64,000 nucleotides of DNA from Vulcanimicrobiota bacterium (GTDB lineage: Bacteria > Vulcanimicrobiota > Vulcanimicrobiia > Vulcanimicrobiales > Vulcanimicrobiaceae), in assembly GCA_963812155.1 (NCBI GenBank), contig CAWETW010000003.1, positions 448,001 through 512,000 on the forward strand. The letters run 5' to 3'. A program made the position numbers and the translations under genes. This document shows positions 48,771 through 58,046 of the stretch, one piece after another; the first letter of the stretch is position 1; every line of letters begins with the position of its first letter. The notes under the pieces were generated by a model that worked only from the letters and a program-made list of their open reading frames with translations, did not search any database and had not been told where the DNA came from.

Positions 48771-49751
48771 TCAGGACACCGCGCTCGAGGATGCCGGCAA
48801 TAAGTCCGCGCCGGAGACTTTAACGATGGCCTTCCACGCGGCTTCCTGGTTGGTGCGATCGTGCAGATGCTGGTGGCGCATCGCCTCAATTGGCCCGGTG
48901 AGCTTCTTGGGTGCCGAGGCGAAGAATTGCCCGGAGACGTCGGTTCCGAACTCTGATGCCTGCAGGTAGCGATAAGCTGCGATCTCCGGCGTTTGAGACA
49001 TGCCGGGAATCAGCTTTGTCAACGGAATCATCAGCGACTTCATGACCGGGCCGAGGTTTCGCACCGCCTTCGTATCGGGTGCGCTGCCCGGCGAGACGGC
49101 GTACACCGCCATGCCCGCGGGTAGCCGGCGCGCCAGCGCCGCGGCCCACCAAGCGACGATGAGTTTTGCGTCGGCATACGCCCGGTTGGGCTCGTACTTC
49201 ACGCTCGGCCCGTTCCGCACTAGGGCTTCCACCGCGGCGCTGCGGTCGCCGTGGAACTGCTTGGCCGCAAGATTCGCCACGTCCGTATAGCTGAACATAG
49301 GCACGTCCCCCCGAGCAGGTTCCGCGCCAGCGATGACGATGCGCGCGTTGGGACTCAGCAAGTTAGCGCGAAGCAGACCGATGGTCAGTCGATGATGACC
49401 GATGAGTGGGGCCTGAGCGGCCTCGATGCCTTCCGCGGTGAGCACGCGCTTCTTGCCGCCGACCATTCCGGCGTTCAGCAGTAGAAAATCGATCGGCAGA
49501 CCCCGCTCAACGAGTTCAGCGAAGGCCGATTGAACGCTGAGCGGCGAGTCCAGATCCAGCTCTAGCGGTGTAAAAACCTGAGCCTTGGTCTCAGCCGTGA
49601 GCTCCGCGGCCGTTTCCTGTACCCGGGCCAGACTGCGGCCGGTGATGATGACCTCGCGGTAGCCCTTAGCGGCAAGAAGGTGCGCTGCTGCATGCCCTAG
49701 CCCCGAGGTGGTGCCGGTGACCAGAGCGATCAAATGTGTCAAACGTTTCAT
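48771..49751 (-). CDS. SDR family oxidoreductase
   Basis: ALVTGTTSGLG, LLLNAG, YADAK (YxxxK), VSPG. Confidence 0.9.
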   Translation of the reverse strand: MKRLTHLIALVTGTTSGLGHAAAHLLAAKGYREVIITGRSLARVQETAAELTAETKAQVFTPLELDLDSPLSVQSAFAELVERGLPIDFLLLNAGMVGGKKRVLTAEGIEAAQAPLIGHHRLTIGLLRANLLSPNARIVIAGAEPARGDVPMFSYTDVANLAAKQFHGDRSAAVEALVRNGPSVKYEPNRAYADAKLIVAWWAAALARRLPAGMAVYAVSPGSAPDTKAVRNLGPVMKSLMIPLTKLIPGMSQTPEIAAYRYLQASEFGTDVSGQFFASAPKKLTGPIEAMRHQHLHDRTNQEAAWKAIVKVSGADLLPASSSAVS

Positions 49752-49881
49752 GGGTTGACTCCGTGGTGAAGAGGGAGGTCGAACCGGGGGTGCCCCGCAT
49801 CGCAGGGTCCGGCTTGCCAATTTCGAACCTTTCCGTACAATAATGGATTGGATGGTAAAAGCGCAAGGAGTTTCGAACCAA

Positions 49882-50487
49882 ATGATTCAAAATACCGCCA
49901 GGCCGCGTGGACGACCGCGCAACTTCGATGAGAGCGCCGCGCTGCAAAAAGCGATCCAGATCTTTTGGTCTAAGGGCTACGACGGCGTGACGATCGACGA
50001 TCTCGTCGCAGGTATGGGAGTCGGGCGGCCGAGCCTGTATTCCGTTTTTGAGTCCAAGCGGAAGATATTCTTGCGCGTCCTCCATGCGTACGCCGAGAGA
50101 AAGGGCGCTCTGACCGCGAAGGCGCTCCTCGAGCCGGCCACTCTGCGCGACTCGATCGCAAACTTTCTCAGGTACGCCGTCACAAGTGCGACAGAGAGAG
50201 GAAGCGCCTCAGGCTGCCTTATCATGTGTGTCGCGCCGCTTGTCAACGACGCCGAAGTTCGGCAGTTCCTACGGAACGCTGCCGCTGCCGCCGTGGCCCT
50301 AGTAGAACGCCGTTTCCAATCCGGGATTAGCGCGGGCGAAATCCCATCTGACTTTCCGGTCGCCGCGCGCGCGAGCCAACTTCTCGACCTATCCCGAGGT
50401 TTAACGATGCGTGCACAGATGGGCGTGTCCCGTAAGGCGCTTCTCAAGGACGCCGAGGAGGCAGCCGACTTGGTACTCCGCCCATGA
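49882..50487 (+). CDS. TetR/AcrR family regulator
   Basis: RGRPRNFD, FWSKGYDGVTIDDL...GVGRPSLYSVF.SK, GCL; divergent from the SDR. Confidence 0.93.
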   Translation: MIQNTARPRGRPRNFDESAALQKAIQIFWSKGYDGVTIDDLVAGMGVGRPSLYSVFESKRKIFLRVLHAYAERKGALTAKALLEPATLRDSIANFLRYAVTSATERGSASGCLIMCVAPLVNDAEVRQFLRNAAAAAVALVERRFQSGISAGEIPSDFPVAARASQLLDLSRGLTMRAQMGVSRKALLKDAEEAADLVLRP

Positions 50488-51039
50488 CGCGGAATTGCGA
50501 GGCAACACTTTGTACTGGATCATGAAGGTTAGAAAGCGCATCCAACAGTGCTTTGTTGGGCAGCGTCGCTGGCCGGCGACGACGTAGATGGACGATCGGA
50601 ACGCTCTTTCATCAGTTCCTTTCGTCGAAGTTTAATGGAAAGGCCGGCGGCGAAAGCTGTCGGCTTTTTTGGGAAAGCAGCTGTTGCTGCGATGGCTGTC
50701 GCAAATCACTCGGCAAAACCAAGCAGTTCGGCGTACTGACGATGAAACGGTTCGCATAGCACGTGCCGCGCGAATCGATTCCGACAGGCGCCACTTTCCG
50801 ACGGCAATGCTTCACGGCCCAATCGGTTGCGAATCATGAGCCCGTTAGGGTCAGGCGATAAGCTTAATAAAGCACGCACCCTCAAAAATAAGACACGCAG
50901 TTTGCGACTTGACAACATCCTAAACAAATAATTCACGCAGAGCCACTGAGCGTCGTAAGACTGTCGTAACGCCAACGGTCCGACTTGAGCGCCGGAAATG
51001 CGAAAACCCGCACAGCCAATAACGACGCGGGTTTTCCGA

Positions 51040-51115
51040 TGGTGGAGATGCGGGGACTCGAACCCCGGACCCCTTACATGCGAAGCAAGTGCTCTACCAG
51101 CTGAGCTACATCCCC
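51040..51115 (-). tRNA. tRNA-Ala (anticodon CGC)
   Basis: Reverse complement GGGGATGTAGCTCAGCTGGTAGAGCACTTGCTTCGCATGTAAGGGGTCCGGGGTTCGAGTCCCCGCATCTCCACCA: 76 nt, G3-U70 pair, TTCGA T-loop, CCA end; TATAAT just upstream. Confidence 0.97.
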
Positions 51116-51162
51116 ACGGGCCGCCGGAGGATTATACGCGGGTAGGTCGGCACCTTCAACCT

Positions 51163-51870
51163 ATGATGGTCGGAAAGGCGGGCGCCGCATTCGGCGCGGC
51201 GGTGGTTATGGTCGTGGCGATGGGGCCGGCGGGAGCGCCGGCCGCCGAGCGTTCCGGGGCCGTTTCGGGGCGTACGGTCGCGGCCGCCAGCCGCTGTACG
51301 TCGCGCTATATCAGCGATTACCAGACGCAGATCCGCGGCTATGACGCCCACCCGCCGCGCGACAATCCCGGCGCCCTCAACGATCGCCTCGGCGCCATCG
51401 CGGACATCCTCCAAAGCCTCAACGAGGAGCACGGCGTCCTCGACAACGTCTGCCCGTCCGACGCCGACAAAATGCCGCTCTACGCCGAACTCAACGCAAC
51501 CGTCGCCTGGGCGCTCGCGCTGCAGTCGGATATCGCCGCCAAGCTCAACGCCTCGTGTCCGCCGGCCGCCAAGGCCCTCCCGGCGGCGATGCTCGCGCAA
51601 GCCTGGCTCGCGATCGCCGCGACCGTGAACGACAACGGCGGAACGGTCCCTAAAGCGCTCACCGAGGTCATTCCTAAGGTGCAGACGCGTGCGGCCGCCG
51701 TCGGCCTCACGCTGCCCGCCTACACCGAAACGTCAGCCTATTGGCGCGACCAAGTCGCCGATCAGGCGCGCCAGGCCGTCGAGATTTGTCCGACGCCGGT
51801 GCCGCCCCCCGCGACACCGACGCCGTCACCCTATCCCTCGCCGCCGCCGTTCGATCGAAGTCGCGCCTAG
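51163..51870 (+). CDS. Hypothetical secreted helical protein with Pro-rich tail
   Basis: Signal-like N-terminus, four Cys, PTPVPPPATPTPSPYPS tail. Confidence 0.7.
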   Translation: MMVGKAGAAFGAAVVMVVAMGPAGAPAAERSGAVSGRTVAAASRCTSRYISDYQTQIRGYDAHPPRDNPGALNDRLGAIADILQSLNEEHGVLDNVCPSDADKMPLYAELNATVAWALALQSDIAAKLNASCPPAAKALPAAMLAQAWLAIAATVNDNGGTVPKALTEVIPKVQTRAAAVGLTLPAYTETSAYWRDQVADQARQAVEICPTPVPPPATPTPSPYPSPPPFDRSRA

Positions 51871-52946
51871 AGGGCTGCGACCCTATCGCACGTCGGCGTG
51901 CCGCCGGTCTTGGTGCTCATGCTGAACTCGATCGACGGATACTGTAACTTCGGCGGCTTGGTGGGCGCATGCACGAAGAACAGATTGTTCGATTCTCCGG
52001 TCGTTCCGGAGTTCGCCGGGCACGCCGGTTTCGTCAGCACGCCGTCGTCGGCTTGAATGCTGATGCTAACCTTCGCTCCCGCGTTGAAGTCCGCTTCGCT
52101 GCCGCCGGCATTACCGATGATATTGAATTCCGAACCCGTCCAGTTGGCGGACAGATCGGTGATTCCGTCGCTCTGGACGTTCTGCATGCCGTACTCCGTG
52201 GCGCCCACCGACATGAAGATGCTATCGCCGCTCGCCGCAGCCGTGCCGGTTTCGGTCACTTCACCCAGATCCGTGACGCTCACATTGGGAATGGAAACCG
52301 AGAACGGGCTGTTCTCCACGCATCCGAGCCCTCTGATGTATTCCCATCCCTTACCCGGCGGGCAGCCGTTGAAGCCGGGTCCCATCGCTACCAGCCAATC
52401 CTGGATGAACAGCGACGCTTGGCCCGTGCCGGGCGGATTTTCGAAGACGAACTGTTCCCAGCCCTTGCATTGCGGAATGCTGCCGCACGCAGTTGTCGTA
52501 AAGAAGTCCGAGTTCAGCTGCAGCGTGTAGCTGTTGAGACCATCTACGCCTCCGCCGACAGTCTTTACGCTCGTCACGCCTTTCAGTTTCGGAAATGCGC
52601 CGATCGACGTGGAAATGACATGCGGCGCCGTGTTCGCGGTAAAGTCGCGGCCGTCACCGACCTCGTTCCCGATCATGCGGCGGCGCGAAGGCGGAGCGGG
52701 GTACCACAAGTGCGGAGGAACGGAGCACGCGATGCGCGTCCATTGCGCCGACGGATACGTCGCCTTAAAACATCCCGCGCTCGGCAGTTTGTTTTGCGCG
52801 AGCAGACGATGCCACGAATCCATGGAGCCGGCCGTCTGACCGGGGAGCGCGGCGCTTCCGGCCGGCGGAAGCGACTGCGTAGAAGGAGAGCATGCCGATA
52901 GGATCGCGGTGAAAACCGCGACCGACGTTAACCGCGTAAGATACAC
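51867..52946 (-). CDS. Hypothetical lipoprotein (Cys-paired, beta-rich)
   Basis: Lipobox LSAC; GCFKATYPS.QW...C, VGDG.DF, YTLQLNS.FF, C.GWEQFVF, EFNI.G..GGS.A.FN, TTGESNNL. Confidence 0.75.
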   Translation of the reverse strand: MYLTRLTSVAVFTAILSACSPSTQSLPPAGSAALPGQTAGSMDSWHRLLAQNKLPSAGCFKATYPSAQWTRIACSVPPHLWYPAPPSRRRMIGNEVGDGRDFTANTAPHVISTSIGAFPKLKGVTSVKTVGGGVDGLNSYTLQLNSDFFTTTACGSIPQCKGWEQFVFENPPGTGQASLFIQDWLVAMGPGFNGCPPGKGWEYIRGLGCVENSPFSVSIPNVSVTDLGEVTETGTAAASGDSIFMSVGATEYGMQNVQSDGITDLSANWTGSEFNIIGNAGGSEADFNAGAKVSISIQADDGVLTKPACPANSGTTGESNNLFFVHAPTKPPKLQYPSIEFSMSTKTGGTPTCDRVAAL

Positions 52947-53006
52947 TGCACTGACCTTTCAAAAATAAACGGCAGCAACGGGGCTGCAAACCTTCCGCTC
53001 GGCGCG

Positions 53007-54014
53007 TTATTTCGCCTGCGGATCGACGGCGACGCTATCGTAGTATTCGTTCGCAACCGCGGTCGAATGCGGGCCGAGGGTTCCGAATGGATAGCTGTTG
53101 GCTTGAACGTTGCTCGACGCTTGACGAATGGTGATCAAAAAATAGTGTCCGGCCCAAATGGTGTCTTGCTTTTTGTTCAACGAGATGCCGGCATAGTACG
53201 AGTTGCCGCCGTCGCCGTATGGGAACGTCGACACGGGCGCTCCGGTCCACGGCTTGTTAAACAGCAGAAGCGCGTTGGAATTTCCGCCGGAGTTGACGAT
53301 CAGATGCCCGTGCGTATCCACGACGATGCCCTCGGCCGTCGATCCGTAATTTGAAAGCTGCTGAAGTAGGGTGTCGCCGCCCGCCGTGAGGTTCACCGAA
53401 ACGAGAATCGCCTGACCGTGTACGTCGTAACCGTCGGCCAGCAGTTTGTCGCCGGGAGCGGCAAGATAGAAGATGTCCTGCAGGTTCGATAACGTGACGC
53501 TGCGTATCGGGTTGCCGCCGCCCGCTGCAATCTCGCTCGCCGAGTAAAAGTCCACGACGGGCTGGCCGACGTTGCCGGCGTAGAGATCGCCCTTGTGATC
53601 GTAGGCGAGACCGACGGCGTACTGGCCTTGCGAGAGCGCGAGCGTCGCAAACTGCGTGATGGCTTTCCCGGAAACGTGCCATACGGTCACGACGCCGCCG
53701 TGCGTTCCGACCGCCAGATCGCCGGTCGTGGGATCGACCGCGAGTCCGACGCCGAAGCACGGACACGACGCAATCAGCTTCAGCGACGCCTCGCTATAGA
53801 CGTCGATGTTTCCCTTGAAACCGTTGGAGGCAAAAATCCAACTCTTGCGCGGCGGTCCCTCGAGGTCGGGCACGTTCGGCTTCGAGAAGGTCGCGATTTT
53901 GCCGATGGCTGGGATGGCGTTGGAAGGTGTCGCATTCGCCGGGGGATTCGAACCGCTCGCTTGACACGCGGCGACGAAAAACGGAAGCGCCCACAGCGCG
54001 AAGTAACGTCGCAT
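53007..54014 (-). CDS. Beta-propeller lipoprotein
   Basis: Lipobox VAAC; blades GLAVDPTTGDL, GLAYDHKGDLY, GIVVDTHGHL. Confidence 0.75.
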   Translation of the reverse strand: MRRYFALWALPFFVAACQASGSNPPANATPSNAIPAIGKIATFSKPNVPDLEGPPRKSWIFASNGFKGNIDVYSEASLKLIASCPCFGVGLAVDPTTGDLAVGTHGGVVTVWHVSGKAITQFATLALSQGQYAVGLAYDHKGDLYAGNVGQPVVDFYSASEIAAGGGNPIRSVTLSNLQDIFYLAAPGDKLLADGYDVHGQAILVSVNLTAGGDTLLQQLSNYGSTAEGIVVDTHGHLIVNSGGNSNALLLFNKPWTGAPVSTFPYGDGGNSYYAGISLNKKQDTIWAGHYFLITIRQASSNVQANSYPFGTLGPHSTAVANEYYDSVAVDPQAK

Positions 54015-54104
54015 CGAGGCCTCTCTTCTTTAAATTGACCTGGCGACTTCAAGCGTACGGTCAACTCATAAATTTTCCGTGAATCCGAGCGCGAGGAAGA
54101 GGAT

Positions 54105-54123
54105 TTTGCGAACGGTTCTCAAA
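54105..54123. promoter_or_regulatory. Fur/Zur box (TTTGCGAAC-G-GTTCTCAAA)
   Basis: 9-1-9 palindrome with one mismatch, 10 nt upstream of the Fur-family gene heading a metal ABC operon. Confidence 0.75.
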
Positions 54124-54133
54124 TAGTGGCGGC

Positions 54134-54526
54134 GTGGGAATCCGAGCGGACTACGTCACCCGGCCGCGCGAGCTGATCGCCGGCATTCTCGGTCGCGAGC
54201 GCCGCTTTCTCTCGGCGGCCGAGATTCACCATCAACTCGAGCGGGACAAGGCGCGGGTTTCCCTCTCGACCGTCTATCGCACGCTCGACTTTCTGCAAGG
54301 TAAAGGCGACGTCACCGTCCGTTCCGATCCGGCCGGCGAGGCGGCGTACATGCTGTGCGAGCCCGAACGCCATCACCATCACGCCATTTGCCGCGTCTGC
54401 GGCCGCGTCGAAGACGTCGATTGCGCGGCGATGGAGCCGGTCGCCGACGCGTTGCGCACGGTTCACGGTTTCCAGCTCGACGGCCACGCGATGGAGTTCT
54501 TCGGGAAGTGCAGCGCGTGCCGCTGA
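54134..54526 (+). CDS. zur: Fur-family (Zur-like) transcriptional repressor
   Basis: SAAEIH, SLSTVYRTL, HHHHAICRVCG, C-terminal CSAC. Confidence 0.85.
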   Translation: MGIRADYVTRPRELIAGILGRERRFLSAAEIHHQLERDKARVSLSTVYRTLDFLQGKGDVTVRSDPAGEAAYMLCEPERHHHHAICRVCGRVEDVDCAAMEPVADALRTVHGFQLDGHAMEFFGKCSACR

Positions 54527-55440
54527 TGCGTTTGAGTTTGCGTAGCGTTACGGTTGCGGCGATGCGTACGGTTGCCGCCGCGATCCTCGCGATCGGCGTT
54601 TGCGCGTGCGGCGGCGAGAAGCAGCACGCGGTAACGCTCGGCGCCGACGGGAAGATCAACGTCGTCACGACGATCTCGACGATCAACTCGTTCGTGCTCG
54701 GCGCCGGCGGCGACAAGGTCCGCGTGACGAACATCGTGCCGGTCGGCGCGTCGCCCGAGACGTTTCAGCCGGCGCCGCAGGACGTCGCGACGGTGTCGCA
54801 GGCGCAGCTGCTCGTTGAAAACGGCGCCGGCCTGGAGACGTGGCTCGGGAGGCTGCTGAGCAATGCGTCGTCGCCGGACGTGCGCGTCGTCGTCTGTGCC
54901 GACGGGATGCCGGTCGTCAACGACAATCCGCATTTGTGGATGGATCCGCAGCTGGCGAAGCGGTACGTCGTCAAGATTCGCGACGCGCTGATTGCAATCG
55001 ATCCCAAAGACGCGAACGAGTTCCGGCGGAATACCAATCTCTATAACGGGAAGCTCGACGCGCTGACGTCGCACGTTCAGGCGCAGATCAACACGATTCC
55101 GGCGCAGAAGCGCTATATGATCGTCTTTCACAACGCGTGGCAGTATTACAACGACCGCTTCGGGATTACGACGCTGGGCTTCGTCGAGCGCAATCCGGGG
55201 CAGGAGCCGAATCCCCAGCAGATCGCGCAGCTCGTCGATTTAGCGAAGCAGCACGGGGTTCGGGCGGTGTTCAGCGAGCCGGAGTACAGTCCGAAGCTGT
55301 TGAGTTCGATCGCGCAGGGCGCCGGCGTCGGGATCGTCGAGAATCTGTACGACGATTCCATCGGGACCAACCCACGGGTGAGCGACTACATCTCGATGCT
55401 CGAGTACGATACAAATATTATCGTGAATGCGTTGAAGTGA
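54526..55440 (+). CDS. znuA: Zn/Mn ABC transporter substrate-binding lipoprotein (cluster A-I)
   Basis: Lipobox; VVTT, ENGAGLE.W, NPHLWMDP, VFHNAWQY, EP.PQQI, VFSEP. Confidence 0.88.
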   Translation: MRLSLRSVTVAAMRTVAAAILAIGVCACGGEKQHAVTLGADGKINVVTTISTINSFVLGAGGDKVRVTNIVPVGASPETFQPAPQDVATVSQAQLLVENGAGLETWLGRLLSNASSPDVRVVVCADGMPVVNDNPHLWMDPQLAKRYVVKIRDALIAIDPKDANEFRRNTNLYNGKLDALTSHVQAQINTIPAQKRYMIVFHNAWQYYNDRFGITTLGFVERNPGQEPNPQQIAQLVDLAKQHGVRAVFSEPEYSPKLLSSIAQGAGVGIVENLYDDSIGTNPRVSDYISMLEYDTNIIVNALK

Positions 55441-55444
55441 GCTC

Positions 55445-55597
55445 GTCCTTCGACTGCGCCGCTTCGCGGCTCCGCTCAGGATGACACAGAGTGTGGGTGC
55501 TCCGCTGCGGTGACACGGTAGTGGGCGCTCGCTCAGGATGACATGTGGGTACTCTGTGCGAAGATGCCGGCAGTTCGCGCAGCGCTCAGGTGACGCA
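55445..55597. repeat. Cluster of REP-like repeats (GTCCTTCGAC...CGCTCAGGATGACA family): one full and about three degenerate copies
   Basis: Full copy 55445-55488; partial CGCT(C/G)(A/C)GG(A)TGAC copies near 55503, 55530 and 55583; same family as 1007-1175. Confidence 0.85.
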
Positions 55598-55599
55598 GC

Positions 55600-56400
55600 G
55601 TGAGTGACGGCGTGCGCGAAGAAGCCGTGGCGGCGCGCAATCTCACGGTGCGGTACGACGATTTTACCGCGTTGGACGATGCGACGCTGGCGGTGCATTT
55701 CGGTGAGGCGCTCGGCGTCGTCGGACCGAACGGTTCCGGCAAATCCACGCTGCTGAAGACGCTGGCCGGATTGTTGACGCCGAGCAGCGGCGAACTCTGC
55801 GTGCTCGGCACACAACCCCGGCACTTGCCGCCCGGCTCGATCGCGTACGTGCCGCAAATCGAAGCGGTGGATTGGTCGTTTCCCGCAACCGTGCGCGACG
55901 TCGTCGCGATGGGACGCTTTCCGCGGCTGCCGTTCTGGCGGCGCTTCGATGCGCGCGACCGTGAAGTCGTCGCGCAAGCGCTCGAAGCCGTGAACATGAC
56001 GCCGCTGGCAACGCGCCACATCGCCCACCTGTCCGGCGGACAGCAGCAGCGCGTCTTCGTCGCGCGTGCGATCGCGCAGGAGCCGCGGCTGCTGTTGCTC
56101 GACGAGCCGACCACGGGCGTGGATGCCGGAACGGAAGAAGCGCTGCGCGTGCTCGTCCGCGAGTTGGTCGCCGGCGGCATGCCGGTCGTGATGACGACGC
56201 ACGATCTCGATCGCGTGGACGATTGGTTCGACCGATTGCTCGTGCTCGATCGCCGGGTCCTGGCGCTCGGCAAACCCTCCGACGTCGCCGCTTCGGGCGT
56301 CTACGCGGCGATACGCGAGCACACGCACACGCACGGTCACCTGCGCACCGATCACGAGGCGCACGAAGCGCACGCGACGCATCCCGAGGTACGCCGGTGA
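55600..56400 (+). CDS. znuC: Zn/Mn ABC transporter ATP-binding protein with His-rich tail
   Basis: GPNGSGKST, YVPQ, LSGGQQQRV, LLDEP, TTHD; tail HTHTHGH..HEAHEAH. Confidence 0.92.
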   Translation: MSDGVREEAVAARNLTVRYDDFTALDDATLAVHFGEALGVVGPNGSGKSTLLKTLAGLLTPSSGELCVLGTQPRHLPPGSIAYVPQIEAVDWSFPATVRDVVAMGRFPRLPFWRRFDARDREVVAQALEAVNMTPLATRHIAHLSGGQQQRVFVARAIAQEPRLLLLDEPTTGVDAGTEEALRVLVRELVAGGMPVVMTTHDLDRVDDWFDRLLVLDRRVLALGKPSDVAASGVYAAIREHTHTHGHLRTDHEAHEAHATHPEVRR

Positions 56401-57233
56401 ACCTCGACGCGTTCGTCCAACCGTTTCATTACGCGTTCATGCAGCGCGCCTTCGTCGCGGCGCTGGCGGTCGGCATCCTGTGCTCGACGATGGGCACCTA
56501 CGTCGTGCTGCGCCGCCTCTCGTTCATCGGCGACGGCATCGCGCACGCCTCGTTCGCCGGCATCGTCATCGCCTATCTGCGCGGCGCCAACTTTTACATC
56601 GGCGCGGCGATCGTCGCGGTCGTCACCGCCGTCGGCATCGGTTTCGTCTCGCGGCGCGGACGCATCTCGCTCGACACGACGATCGGCGTGCTCTTCACCG
56701 GCATGTTCGCGCTCGGCGTTTTCCTGATGAGCCGGCAGCGCAGCTACGCGGTCGATCTGCAGAGTTTTCTCTTCGGCGACATCCTCTCGGTGCAGCCGCA
56801 GGATCTCTGGCTGATTCTTGCGCTGAGTGCGGTCGTCGCTGCGACGGTCGTGTGGCTGTTCCGCGGATTGCTCTACACGACGTTCGATCCGGTCGTCGCG
56901 CAAGCCAGCGGCATTCGGGCGTGGCTGTACGAGTACGGTCTGCTGGTGATGCTGGCGCTGACGATCGTCGTGGCGCTGCAGGCCGTGGGCATCGTGCTGG
57001 TTGCGGCGCTGCTCGTTACGCCCGCGGCGGCCGCCTACCAATTAACGTCGCGATTTGCGCCCATGATGGCCCTGGCGGCGCTGCTCGGCGCCGTCAGCAC
57101 CGTCGGCGGCCTCTACCTTTCGTACTACCTGCGCGCCTCGAGCGGCGCGACGATCGTGTTGCTCGCGACGCTGCTGTTCTTTGCGGCGATCGGCGTGAAG
57201 TACGCCGGCCGGCTCACTGCACGGCGAGCGTGA
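56397..57233 (+). CDS. znuB: Zn/Mn ABC transporter permease
   Basis: FMQRA, GTYVVLRR.SF.GDG.AHAS, LFGDIL, FDP..A, VG..LV.ALLVTPAA.A. Confidence 0.92.
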   Translation: MNLDAFVQPFHYAFMQRAFVAALAVGILCSTMGTYVVLRRLSFIGDGIAHASFAGIVIAYLRGANFYIGAAIVAVVTAVGIGFVSRRGRISLDTTIGVLFTGMFALGVFLMSRQRSYAVDLQSFLFGDILSVQPQDLWLILALSAVVAATVVWLFRGLLYTTFDPVVAQASGIRAWLYEYGLLVMLALTIVVALQAVGIVLVAALLVTPAAAAYQLTSRFAPMMALAALLGAVSTVGGLYLSYYLRASSGATIVLLATLLFFAAIGVKYAGRLTARRA

Positions 57234-58032
57234 ACGCGACCGTATAGATCTCGTACTTCGCGCCGCGGAACTGCATCCACATTTTGTACGTTCCGGCCGG
57301 CAGCGCGGGCAGTTCCAAATGCTGGCGCGGCCCGGTGCCGGTCATATTCATGTGCGAACCCCCGCCGCCTGGGGCGTTGGCCGCCATCGGATGCACGTGC
57401 ACGTATTGCAGCGTCGCGGTGTTGATGAAGACGACGTGCGAGGCGGCGCCGAGATACGAGCCGAGATCGTGCGCCGGATGCCCGTTCTCGTTGATCTCGA
57501 TTTCGGCCGAGTACGGCGTGTTGGCCGCTATGGTGGTGTGCTCGAGCACGACGGTGTAGGGGCCGGTGGTCGCGGTCGGCGACGACGCCGTAAGCGACGG
57601 CGCCGCTTTTGCGACGGGACCGTCGCTCTCGAGCGTGAAGCGAAAAACTTGCTGCGGCAGATCGTGCGGCCTGCTGTCGGCGTAGAGGTAGTAGCGGTGG
57701 TTCGGCTCCTTGGTGAAGTTTTCGAGAAAAGCGCCGGTGGTCGTATTGAAGGCTGGGTGAAGGTGGTCGAACGTTGCGAAGTCGTCGCGGATCACGACCA
57801 TGTGCATCGTACGCTGCATTTCGAGGGCGTAGTTGAGAATCGGCGTGCTCGAGCCCATGGGATATTGCGCCACGTTGAGCTGCGAGGTGAGGCCGTTCCC
57901 GTGCGTCGCCCAGAATTTCGAAACGACCTTCGGCGTGCCGCCGAGCAGCGCGAAGGTTCCGTTCTGCTTCGGCGGGCCGGCCGACGCGTGCGCGAGCGCA
58001 AACGCGGCGGCAAACACCGCCAGGAACGCCAT
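57214..58032 (-). CDS. Secreted putative heavy-metal-binding protein
   Basis: Signal peptide; MHMVVIRDD...FDHLHP, YLGAASHVV, YVHVHP, PAGTYKMWMQF. Confidence 0.75.
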   Translation of the reverse strand: MAFLAVFAAAFALAHASAGPPKQNGTFALLGGTPKVVSKFWATHGNGLTSQLNVAQYPMGSSTPILNYALEMQRTMHMVVIRDDFATFDHLHPAFNTTTGAFLENFTKEPNHRYYLYADSRPHDLPQQVFRFTLESDGPVAKAAPSLTASSPTATTGPYTVVLEHTTIAANTPYSAEIEINENGHPAHDLGSYLGAASHVVFINTATLQYVHVHPMAANAPGGGGSHMNMTGTGPRQHLELPALPAGTYKMWMQFRGAKYEIYTVAFTLAVQ

Positions 58033-58046
58033 TGGCGAAATGCGGC

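Larger units (their letters stand above)
46387..51084. mobile_element. Inner integrative element (~4.6 kb) in tRNA-Ala: TA-like pair, tyrosine integrase, SDR, TetR
   Basis: Flanked by 45-bp direct repeats; contains an intact integrase; GTCGTA-type tandem repeats near both ends. Confidence 0.88.

Noticed and set aside
50500..50950. Additional gene or integrase remnant at the right end of the inner element
   Set aside because: Only short ORFs without recognisable motifs; no call can be supported.
55445..55597. Degenerate mini-CRISPR
   Set aside because: Repeats are short, degenerate and irregularly spaced, and belong to the dispersed REP-like family.
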